NCBI GenBank assembly: GCA_002104905.1
Contig: MCFE01000016.1
Span: forward strand, 62,001 to 126,000
Reading direction: 5' to 3'
From: Basidiobolus meristosporus CBS 931.73
Lineage: Eukaryota; Fungi; Basidiobolomycota
Length of the DNA stretch: 64,000 nt
Below, piece after piece: positions 1-10,819 of the stretch. The first letter of the stretch is position 1. Each line of letters begins with the position of its first letter. The notes beneath the pieces are model-generated. The model saw only the letters and a list, made by a program, of their open reading frames with translations. It was not told where the DNA came from and ran no database searches. Position numbers and translations under genes: made by a program.

Positions 1-779
1 ATAGATTTGTTAATTAGGCTGCTTCGCTACTGGATGTACTATTGCATATTCAAATCACTCATTCCATATCATATTGACCCTTCAAAACTGGGTACCTCTG
101 TACCCCAAAAATGGCTTTAAATCAATTTCATTCGAAGAAACACTATTACGATATTCCTTTCCCAACCACCAATGAGAGACCCTTTATCCAAATGGAGAAT
201 TTGGAGAATTGGCATCATTAAAGAGCGTGACGTAACCTTCCATCAGTTGAAGTTTGTTCATCTCAAACTTGCTGGGAACAGTCGAAAGCACAAACCAACA
301 TTATTTGCTCACAAATGATCTGCTACTCAGTCACAACGAAAGCAACAAGAAATCATGTGGGGATATGACTTATCTCTGGGATATCTTGTATAACTGCGCT
401 TTATTTCTGAAACTCTAGTAAGGAACCGAAAACTAGTCACGGCTCAAAAAACGTTAAAACCATATCGATTGAGAGGCACAGGCCAAAAGTCAGCATAATG
501 GTGCAAATGGTATGATCTTGGTTCACTCGAATGGGCTATGGCAGTTAAAACTAAAGTACATAAAGAATTAAAGAAATTTACCAAAAGACCAGATGAAATT
601 GATGCTTGTATATTGAGTAGATGTGAATATTGGATATGATGGCGTTGGTAACATCCTACGCGTCGTGGTTGTTGGACACGAACGAGCGTTCAGATACCAA
701 ATGATGATTTCGTGCTTGAAATGTAGTCATGATACAACTGTAGACATGTATCCCGCATATGCCATGCTTTTTTGGTGCT

Positions 780-3700
780 CTAGAGTTGGCGCGGTACCTC
801 GATTGTCTCGATGCTTTGAATAATATCTCCCTCCTGGAATTTGTCAAAGCCTTCAAAAGACATACCGCATTCGATGCCCTTTTTGGCTTCAGTAACATCC
901 ATTTTAACCTGTTTCAATGAAGTGAGAAGACCTAAACATGATATTGCTTAGTATTATGAAGCGACCAGTTTGCTAAATCAAAAAAGAAATACCTTCAAAG
1001 ACTGTCTCCTCTTGTCTAATGATTCTAATCTTGTTATTTTTCATAATAGATCCATTGGTAACTCTACATCCAGCAACCGGCGAGGTTAACCTTCCTTTAA
1101 CGTTGATTTGGAATACTTGTTGAATCTTTGCTTCGCCAGCAACTTTAGTGGTATATTCGGGAGGCAATAGTCTGGCCAACATCGATTTCGCATCCTCCAA
1201 TAGCTTGTAGATAATAGAGTGGCTCTTAACTTCGACCTTCTTGAGCTTAGCCTTGGCCATTGTTTGTTTGTCTCCTTTGACGTTAAAACCCAAAACAATT
1301 CCTTCACAAGCAGATGCCATGTCTACATCAGCTTCAGTAATCGCACCAACACTGGAGTGAATGACCTTCAAACGAACTTCGTTCGATGGAAGCCCGCCTA
1401 ATGAGGCTACAACTGCTTCTACCGTTCCGCTGACATCTCCTTTGACAATAACCGGTAATTCAATGATTGGATTCTTCTCCTCGCTGCTGCTTTGATTCTT
1501 GGATTCGCCTCGCTCCATGGTAGGGTAGGTGGTTCGTAAGCCGTGATAGTACTCCCAGACATCTCTTTTAAACTTCTTCTCCTTCAAACGCTCTTCAAGT
1601 TGTTCCTCGCGCTCCTTCTGTCGTTTTTCACGAATCACTTCGATGTCTTTCATTTCAAGCTCACGGGTAGCACGAATTTTGCGGTTTTCAACCACAGTTT
1701 TGGCTAACGACTACAATGAAATAAGTAAACTAACAATACACTATTCACATGGATATCCAAGATACCTCATCTTGAGCTTCCAACATTTCATCACCGGCTT
1801 TTGGAAGGTCCTTCCAACCAATTATTCTTACTGGGGTTCCAGGTCCTGCCGTTTTGACAACTTTTCCTTTGTCATCAATCATACGACGGATTTTACCCCA
1901 TGAAGTGCCAGCTACAATCACGGAGCCACTTTTAAGGGTACCACGGTGAACTAATACAGTAGCAACATTTCTAATTGAATGAATATCAATGATGAGTACT
2001 TCAGGCAAGATCAAAGCACCACAGGCTGTCAATAATTACCCAAGTCCCTTCTCCACCTGTGATTCTAAAATAACACCCTCTGAAGTGCCATCCACTTCAG
2101 CACGTAAATCGAGAACTTCCGCTAAGGTTGAGATATTTTCTTCGAGCTCCGTAAGTCCCATGCCCTGGAAGGAAAATACTGTTGGTACCATGAACATACG
2201 TGAGGCTCTATTCAAATAAACTTACAGTTAAGCCAGAAATAGGTACTGCTTGAGTATCACCTCCAAACTCTTCTAGCTGAACATTATATCTAAGCAATTC
2301 CTCCTTGATTTTTTGCTAATTATCGGTTTCGAAATGTGGGTATATATGAGTATATAAAGTGGTAATTGTTAGTCTCCCAAAAACTTACCGTGTTAATGTT
2401 TGGTTTATCGCATTTATTGATAGCAACGATCATTGGCACTATCAAAAACAATACATCAGTAAGAGTAATCAGTTCATAAATCACAAATAACAACATACCC
2501 CCTGCTGCGTTAGCATGGTTAATGGCTTCTATAGTTTGTGGCATTACTCCGTCATCAGCAGCCACCACCAATACAACAATATCGGTGGCGTTTGCCCCAC
2601 GTGCACGCATTGCACTGAAGGCAGCATGGCCTGGAGTATCGATGAATGTGATTTTCTTCTTTGAGGGAAGAGAGACTAATAATATATACGATGAGTATTG
2701 GAGAGTAAGCAATATTGAGTATTCAAAGGTATACCTGAGAATGCACCAATGTGTTGAGTAATTCCACCCGCTTCATTGGCAGCAACTGAAGCCTTTCTCA
2801 ATGAGTCTAATAAGGTGGTTTTTCCATGGTCCACGTGCCCCATGATAGTCACAATAGGTGGTCGCACATCGTAAATCGACATATCATCTGGCTTAGGACG
2901 TGGGTAGAGATCCAGAGAGGCCACAGAGTCGACTACAGGATCCATATCATACTCCATAACGACTAATGACGCCTCTTCGGAGGTTAATACATAATCATGT
3001 CGAGTATTCTCCATACCCAACTCGATCATTTTCTCCACTAATTGCTCGTATTTGACTCCAATGACTTTTGATAGATTGGCTACATTGATAGCCTCTGGAA
3101 TGAATACTTCACGCCTTGCCTTCACAGTTTCGGTTAGAATCTTTTTCTTCTTTTCCATTATTTGCTCTAAATCCTCGTGGCCAACAAATTCCTCCTTCTT
3201 GCTGCCTTTGGCTATTGATTCACCCCTTCGCCGATCTTCAGAAAACGAAGGCTTTTTGTCTTTGACGTTTTTCACAATGTTAGATGGTTTCGGTGCCAGC
3301 TGCTCCTTAGGTTTGGGAATTTGTGACTCCATAATTTTATCAAGTGTTTGGCCGAGTTTTGTGGTCGGCTTTTCGGTAGGTGCTGGCTTAATGGCTTCAT
3401 TTGAAAACACATTTCGAAAAATGTTCTTTTCGATGTCCTGACTTCCGTTGGACCTCCATTTCTGATTTAAATCAGAGAATTGCCCATCCTTTCTTCCAAA
3501 AGGAGGTTGCTTGCCTTCCCTAATCCAGGCTCCAGTCTCGGCAATAGGGGCTTCGGAAGGAATGGGTTGCTCAGCAGGCTCCGGCTTTGCCCATTTGTTA
3601 GATCTTTGGGTTTTTTTTATCAGAGCCAAACGTTCCTCAGACGATAGACTGGTCGCGGGTGATTGGGTAAGGAAATCTTGAAGAATTCGCTTTTCCACAG

Positions 3701-3926
3701 GTTTGGGCCATTTATTTCCAGCGGTTTGTGTCGGGAAGAAGGTCTTGAAAGGGCGTGGATTGTTCGTACGGGGTAGTGTACAGTGAATTTTACGAAGCTG
3801 GGGAGAAAACTGATATAATCAATTTAGTATAAATCATACATGTAGATACTCTTTAATTTACAATACCTTGAGCTTCTGGAATTGGGGGAAGGTATTCCTC
3901 GTACATTTCAAGGTCAACTGTGACAT
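780..3926 (-). CDS. IFM1: Mitochondrial translation initiation factor IF-2 (multi-exon)
   Basis: G1 motif [49 protein letters not shown]2 domain [15 protein letters not shown]. The last exon read manually is [29 protein letters not shown]...PRQL* (stop 780-782). The first exon [20 protein letters not shown] (ATG 3926) is basic, like a mitochondrial presequence. Confidence 0.95.
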
Positions 3927-4995
3927 GGTATATATTTTGAGTTCAATGCTCTCTCTATTTCAACAAATTTGTATAATATTTACTGAAAGAGTGACAAGTT
4001 CCGAGAATCTTCCTCAGGTATTAAAAAGGCAAGAAGATAAACTTTTCATAAGAATCGTAAAATTGCTGCGTGATGTGAAAATACCCCACATGATGGTGTA
4101 TCATCAAATTTTGATATATTTTCCAGCACTAATTAGAGTTTGATAAAATCTGAGCATCATTTAGCTTATAGTGTAGACCAAGCTGCCAAGAGTTGAAATC
4201 GATTGTGTTTGTGTATTGCACATATCAGAGACGTATGAAAGAATTAGTGTCTAGGTTGTGGTTTTTGCTAATTAATATATTCCGTAGAACATAGTATACC
4301 TCTGAACAAAGATAAAGCTTAAAAGCTCTTATTGCCTTACTTGAGAGTACTCACCTTGTCCGAAAAGGTTTTGATCCTCCTCTTGGGTAAGATTTGGTTC
4401 ACTAGTCTTCACATAGCGCCAACTGATGCCTAGATTGTGTATTTGAAGGACTAATTCCAACATTACTTGATACTTTGTGTTCTATATTGGCCCATACATT
4501 TAGCTTTAACTACAGAGGTTTAGACCTTTAAATATTCAAATATCATTTGCCCTACTTGCAATAAAATCTGATTGAATTCGGACTCTGGATAAATGCCCGA
4601 GGTTTGCACGGATGGATAACGAGTAGCCTGCATGGCTATTGCGGATGGATCTTCACTAACTGACCAATAAACTACCTCCTAGTCATCAACCATCATTACA
4701 TAAAATCTCAACAATCCGTAGCAAGATATGTAAGTGCTGTTTCTAATTCAGGCTTGCAAGTTTTTGCCTGATGCCTCACTGCAATGTACCGCAACAGACA
4801 TACTACCGGTTGGCCGATCCACAGTGGGAATGGTACCATCAAGGGTGGTGAACACCGAGCCCGGAGAGCATTTGGTATATAGGCCTCGGTTCGTATTTAT
4901 TACTCAATGCAAGGGGATGGTGCTATTTTGTGATCTTCACATTCGATTCATTGGTTTACACAAGTTCACAACTGTTACAGATTGTTGATCCCGAG

Positions 4996-5007
4996 TATCA
5001 CGTGATA
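4996..5007. promoter_or_regulatory. Palindromic E-box TATCACGTGATA in the IF2/LMBR1 divergent intergenic region
   Basis: Perfect 12-bp palindrome containing CACGTG, about 310 bp upstream of the LMBR1 ATG. Function is inferred only. Confidence 0.3.
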
Positions 5008-5319
5008 GGAGATTGAGTGCCTTTTAATTGGATTTTGATATCTCTAATGTTTTCATTGCGGAGATCATAATCCAAACTAACATTCCAAAGTCCATGTTTT
5101 TTTCTTTTTACCAAATGAAGTGACACCAAATCTTCGAAATTGTAAACTAAACACAGTTGAGGCACCCATATAACCTAATTATATTATTTATTCACTTGCA
5201 CATAACCTACCACTAAACCTTCCACAACCATAAAGTTTACCTTCAATATACCAGGTTCGCTTCCACTTCACTCTGGCATCCAGTGGGTCTTGTAAACTGG
5301 ATACATAGGTTACTTTGAT

Positions 5320-6771
5320 ATGATGTTACATCAACACGATCCCTCGGAGCAATTTTACCAAATACTGAGGGAAAACATCTTAACATTCTTGTATTTCTTA
5401 TTTGTGTGTGTCCCTGCTTATTTGCTCACTCAAAAGTTTCAACGTCAAGCTCGCTTTACAGGGGAAGACGACGATGCACATTCTTTGCTACCCAAGCTAA
5501 TTTGCGTCTGTTGCTTGACTTTGGCTTTCATTACACTCGTATTCATCCCTGTAACAGTGATGATTCTCTGTTTACTTCCGATAATCGCTCAGAACGACTG
5601 GTTGTATTGGCTGGATGCTGATCTTCTGTCTACCATCGCACGATACGCTTTTTTCGGAAACACGATTTCTTTATTCGGTCTGGTACCGTTTGCATATTTT
5701 TATTTGGAGACTGATCTGTTACTTCGATCATTCGTCCAAAAATCTCGGCAAGCGATAATAGTCTTTCTACTCGTCTCAACTTTGGTCTATACCTTCATTT
5801 CTGTGCTACAACAACTTTTTGGCTGGAACGAAGAGCATGCGGTCGTGCTCCACTGGGGCACCTTTATCACAACTGCCTTACTGTCAATCAAAATGGTACC
5901 AAAAGGCGCTTTGGTTTTGTTCAAATGGATTCACACGCTACCACTTAAACCAAACCATCGCCAGAAGCTCAGAGCGTATTTAACGGAGTTGAAATTCGAA
6001 AGAAACGCATGCCAACAAAAATTGGATTACCACCTAACCAAGCTTCGCAGGGGGTATGACTCGAACCAAAAGAATAGTACTTTTGCGCTACGTAGACTTT
6101 CCGGCTCAGTTAATCGTGCAGAGATTGGGGACAACATTAGAGAATTACGTAAGCGATTAGTAGCATTGGAGCGTCAGGAACGTAAAGTTGAAAAGCACCT
6201 TAACCAGTCGCCACTTTATCGAAACACCAGCTTCGTAGTTCTATTCACGCTAAATACTGCAGTGTGGTTCCTTTTCGTATGGACTGTAGCCATCACTTTA
6301 ACCAAAAACATATTCTCCATATCTGAATCATACGAAACCATAGAACAACACCGAGCCCGTGTTTTAAGTTCGATCCCACTATCGTTGTCTCAGCTCCCAT
6401 TATCTCGATACGTCGTGGCATTCATGGAGTTTGTGTTGGTGGTGTATTTCGTGATTACGTTTCTAGTAGGATGCTACGAGAGCACATGGTTCAGTAAACT
6501 CAAGCCTAAGATCCACAATACTTCGACGCTGGTATTGCTCACCAACACCGCACTGCTCTTACTATTCGCCTCCGCACTTCCTATCCTCGTTCCAATCTTG
6601 GGTCTGACTGACCTTGATCTTATGGAGCTGTATCCAGTGGCTACCCACACGTTCAATGACATGTTCTGGATAAACGCTGGCTATCGATTGACCCTTGTTA
6701 TTTTGACATCCTATTCCGTGTTAGAACATTACTTGTTGACCTCAGCAACGTCGACCATTGAAAAACGTTGA
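5320..6771 (+). CDS. LMBR1: LMBR1/LIMR-family multi-pass membrane protein (single exon)
   Basis: 483-aa ORF with about 9 hydrophobic segments split by a coiled-coil loop. Motifs recalled from animal LMBR1/LMBR1L: EQFYQILREN, WLDADLL...LFGLVPFAYFYLETD, LLLFASALPILVPILGLTDLDL. Confidence 0.8.
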   Translation: MMLHQHDPSEQFYQILRENILTFLYFLFVCVPAYLLTQKFQRQARFTGEDDDAHSLLPKLICVCCLTLAFITLVFIPVTVMILCLLPIIAQNDWLYWLDADLLSTIARYAFFGNTISLFGLVPFAYFYLETDLLLRSFVQKSRQAIIVFLLVSTLVYTFISVLQQLFGWNEEHAVVLHWGTFITTALLSIKMVPKGALVLFKWIHTLPLKPNHRQKLRAYLTELKFERNACQQKLDYHLTKLRRGYDSNQKNSTFALRRLSGSVNRAEIGDNIRELRKRLVALERQERKVEKHLNQSPLYRNTSFVVLFTLNTAVWFLFVWTVAITLTKNIFSISESYETIEQHRARVLSSIPLSLSQLPLSRYVVAFMEFVLVVYFVITFLVGCYESTWFSKLKPKIHNTSTLVLLTNTALLLLFASALPILVPILGLTDLDLMELYPVATHTFNDMFWINAGYRLTLVILTSYSVLEHYLLTSATSTIEKR

Positions 6772-7511
6772 GCTGACTTCTGGATAGTTGTCACAATCAA
6801 TGCAATGCAGCGTCGATCAAAAATTACCAACATTTTCGGTACTGTAGTCCTTCCTAAAACATTCCTCTGTATTTACCTTTTTCATTAAGAATATTATCCT
6901 TATTTCATTACGGTTATTTTTGAGAACATTACCGTCTATGTGGAATTATATTTTCCAATTTCCTCTTTTAATTTCCATGTATTCTTAGTGTAGAATCAAA
7001 TGTTAACTCTGTCTCTGTCTCTTTCTCTTTAACCACACATCCCAAAAGCGTGCCAAAATCTCATATTCTGTATTTCTCTGGACTGATTAGAGGAGGTGCA
7101 GTCATGTTTTACAATCGTATTTATCTACAACTTGCCGACGAAATCCCCATTGATTCGCACTTGGCTTCCTACTACCTCAACAATTCCGTCGCCTATAATC
7201 GATGGTCAACTCGAATCCTTTCTCCCAAATTTCTGTTAATAAACAAAAATAAAAATACGAATCTTTAATTTGAACATGTATTCGCGGCTTGTAAGCTTCG
7301 CTGATCTTTCCACACACATATTGAGTCTGCTAAAGGACAAACATGACCTGATTTGTGGTAGGCACAGAACACTCGAAATAAAATAATAGGATAATTAGCT
7401 GAGTTGGCGTTTATTTCAAACAATGAGTCAATTTTACATGCTTATTATATTGCGTATCCAAATGGATATTCGAGATCGGTATTGCTGGTTTCCACCCACA
7501 ATCCTACGAAT

Positions 7512-8706
7512 CTAAAAGTTATAGCTATTTTCCTTCAAAGCATTCTCTACAGCCTTCAAAGTAGTATCCAAGTGACCACGTTCCTGTTCAAGAACTGAGA
7601 TGCTCATGTGACCAAGACGGAAATACTTGGGTGCGATTTCAACATGAAGACCACCGGCAGCAACAACTCCATGAGCAGAGATCTTGGGCAATAAATCGGT
7701 GGCAGCAATACCTTCGGGATAGTAGACCGCAGTCATGGTATTGGCAGCAACATCACGACTGGTAGGGACGAGTTTAAGACCCCATGATTCCAAAGTATCC
7801 TTAAATTTCTTGGATGCCACACGATGAGCTTCGAAAACATTATCCATACCACGACCAGTCAGTTGTTTCAATGCAACATGAAGAGCTTTTACAAGTTGAA
7901 CAGCAGGAGTGGCGAAGTAAGCAGGTTTGCGAGATTCATAGGCATTCATGATTGGCAACCAGCGAGTCCAGTTAGCATAGTAGTTGGGAACAGGGGTGCT
8001 ACGATTTTGGAAAGCCTCGATAGCCTTCTTGGATGCGGCTAAGACGGCTAAGCCAGGGGGAACTCCCAAAGCCTTTTGGGAGGCGGTAAGGGCAACATCT
8101 ACTCCCCATTCATCCATACGAAGCTCTTCGGCACCAATGGAGCAAACTCCATCAACAGCAACAAGAGTATTAGGAGACTTTTCCTTCACTAGCTTGGTGA
8201 TTTCTTTGACGCGATTCAAGACTCCAGTGGAAGTATCGACCTGAGTAATGGATACAAGCTTGAATGTTTTGGATTCTAAAGCTTTAGCAACATCCTCAAC
8301 AGCAGTGGCGTTGCCAATGGGGCATCTGACATGGGTAACCTTGGCACCGTAAGTCTCGAAACTTCAAAAATGTTGGCTTTAGTCGATCCGAGAAATGTTC
8401 ACAGGCAAAATCTTACCATTCACCGAATCGATCGCCGAAGTAACCAGTGTTACAAACCAAAACTTCTTCACCAGCCTCAACCAGGTTGGCAGCAGTCATG
8501 TCCCAGCCCAGAGTTCCAGAGCCGCAAATAATGAAGGGTTGGCCGGAGGTAAGGAATGCCTTACGAACCAATTCAATACATTCTCCAAAAATTGGAATGA
8601 ATGTAGGGTCAACGTGAGAGCAAGCAGGGGTTGCCATAGCATTCAATACATCCTCATGGAATTCGATTGGTCCAGGAATCATGCAAAGCTTGTGGTCAAC
8701 AGTCAT
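7512..8706 (-). CDS. AGX1: Alanine--glyoxylate aminotransferase (class V PLP enzyme), 2 exons
   Basis: KLCMIPGPIEF, GSGTLGWD, GYFGDRF, VDGVCSIGAEELRMDEWGVD, PLP lysine in TASQKALGVPPGL, YFRLGHM. One intron at about 8362-8416. Confidence 0.92.
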
Positions 8707-9859
8707 CTTGAAAAGCAGGCCTCTTGAAATATGAATGTGAGTGTAGGATAGAGGGGCGTATGATGGAGAAACCATCCTACCCGACGAGATATTTATTCAT
8801 TCTCGGCAGTCAGGTGGGATTCCCTATGATACACTCCCGCGAAAATAGATTATCAACCAGGGACGAGGATCAAATGTGATAATAGAAGTCAAGTTTACTG
8901 TGTCGATCATCTTAATCTATAAACTACTCTTCGAAGGTGATGCTGCTGATAATCATGTATTTTCCCACAAGCTTCATCTTATTTCGTTGAGCTTTATTCC
9001 TAGAATATTTATATTGCGATTTTATATGTCAAGGTTGAGGGACGCTGTATGCATAGGAAGTGTGCTTATTCCTTAAATGAGAACACTTTGTTGGATCTAA
9101 AGGAACGGGTGGCATAGGAAGCTAGTGGAGAGTAAACGTCATCTATAAGCATGTAACACCATAAGTACAGCGCATGCGGAATATCTATAGGGTCTTGGTA
9201 CAATACAATGATTATCTAAGGTTACTCAAATCCAGGCAGCCACAAGTGTATCAATATTAGTAGTATCAATAGCTGCACCCCGCCACATTCGACCCTAAGA
9301 TTCCCGTAACAATCATTGAACTACAGACAAGGCTTTGTTCCCACGTCAAACTTTCAACAATATAAGAGCTAGTGAGCCATGACGGAGGATATCCGATGCA
9401 ACTCAAAACTTGTAGTGCTCTAGATTTGCTCAGTATTCCATTTGGCATACAGAGCGTATCATGAATAGAGTATCTTCTGCAATAAACCACTGAAATTTAG
9501 GTTCACCTATTCTCCGGATAATAAGTATTAGGCTGTTTGGAATCACTTGAAAATCCACTAACATAGATGTAGATAATTGAAATCGGTAAATGAAGTCAAA
9601 ATCATGGAAATCGATTGTCACATACTGTATTGATTGTTGAAAAACTTGTGACATAGGAGCGATGGTAAATAGGAATTTATGAGGGGGGGGGGTTTCAGAT
9701 ATTGTGGTGTGCTATTCTATGGCTCTAGTGACATCTTTCGAAACGGTGAGATGGGTAAGTAAATAAGGGGATTCGGGAGCATTAAGAAGTTTCTCGTAAT
9801 GTACGTCAGGGTCCACCATCTAGGTTCGTACAGACTGAATCGATTTCAAATCCTGTGAA

Positions 9860-10819
9860 TTATCTGCACTGTGGTCCAGGTGTATTGGTTATCTCATTGC
9901 CAGTGACTCGAACACCATAATTTGGGAGATAGATAGGCCTTCCAAGGCTCAAGTCACCTTTTGCGATTACATCCTGGAGATCAGCAACACGATCAGCGGA
10001 TGGGGGCCAAGTATCATCGGGATAACAACACAGCAGTTGCCGTCTTGTTTTCAAAAATTTCTCCAAATATTGTTTCTCTGACATGTAGCCTCTCTTCCCT
10101 GTCACTGTCAATATCTTAACCAAGTTAATATCTGCTTCGTTCATCTGCCATCCATGTTGAATAATTGTGTCATAGAAAATGGCCATCCCAAGGTTGCTTC
10201 GGATTCCCATTTTCCTTGCAAATTTCAATGCCGGTGTGAAATACATGTCATCGTTGATTCTATCTTGTATTCTGTTAAATCTTGCATCATGACAGGATGT
10301 CCTTATCCAAGCCCTGTCGAAATCGACTAGTTCACTTGTGTTGTCGCGCCTTGAGTCGCATTGGGCTAATGTGTCGATTCTTTCCAGAGTAGGGATGTAT
10401 CTTGATAGTACAGAGCGTGGAGCAATTTCTTCATATTTTTGGAGCACAATTAGAGCGTCACCAGTACCAGAAGTAAAGCCTATTCTACCACATGTGAATC
10501 CTCTACCATCATTCAATCTCTCGCATGCTGCATAACCGTAGACTTCATCGCCATTTTCAAATACATTGGTTATAATCTCCGCGAATTTTTTGGCTCTCGA
10601 AGAGATTCTAGCAGCTGGCCACCTCTCTATATTATAAAATTCTTTGGTGGATTTCTCATCGACCTTACAGTTTTCCTTCTTTGGGGTAAATTGAAACTTC
10701 CCGCAGTTTCTGGAATTTTTTTCATATTCGTTAACGCAGAATGGCGTCGCTTTTCCTTGTCCGCTTACTTGATGTAGGCTTGGTCCAACGGTTAATAGCA
10801 GACAGAGCAATTTGAACAT
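9860..10819 (-). CDS. Secreted chitosanase, glycoside hydrolase family 46 (single exon)
   Basis: N-terminal signal peptide MFKLLCLLLTVGPSLHQVSG. GH46 signature region FENGDEVYGYAACERLNDGRGFTCGRIGFTSGTGD, plus YFTPALKFARKMG, FYDTIIQHG, YLEKFLKTR and DRV. Confidence 0.88.
   Translation of the reverse strand: MFKLLCLLLTVGPSLHQVSGQGKATPFCVNEYEKNSRNCGKFQFTPKKENCKVDEKSTKEFYNIERWPAARISSRAKKFAEIITNVFENGDEVYGYAACERLNDGRGFTCGRIGFTSGTGDALIVLQKYEEIAPRSVLSRYIPTLERIDTLAQCDSRRDNTSELVDFDRAWIRTSCHDARFNRIQDRINDDMYFTPALKFARKMGIRSNLGMAIFYDTIIQHGWQMNEADINLVKILTVTGKRGYMSEKQYLEKFLKTRRQLLCCYPDDTWPPSADRVADLQDVIAKGDLSLGRPIYLPNYGVRVTGNEITNTPGPQCR

Noticed and set aside
3052-3441. Antisense ORFs over IF2; similar ones over the sulfotransferases (22345-22755, 24639-25031) and the G-patch gene (45579-46042)
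   Set aside because: Shadow frames of real coding exons. The near-identical pair only mirrors the 205-bp inverted repeat.
3984-4462. Possible LTR ending in TTCCAACA in the IF2 promoter
   Set aside because: No matching TGTTG end, no 5-bp TSD (only a chance 4-bp TTAC), and no similarity to the LTR family at 38-40 kb.
8876-9660. Short ORFs between AGX1 and the chitosanase
   Set aside because: No recognisable motif or consistent splice structure.
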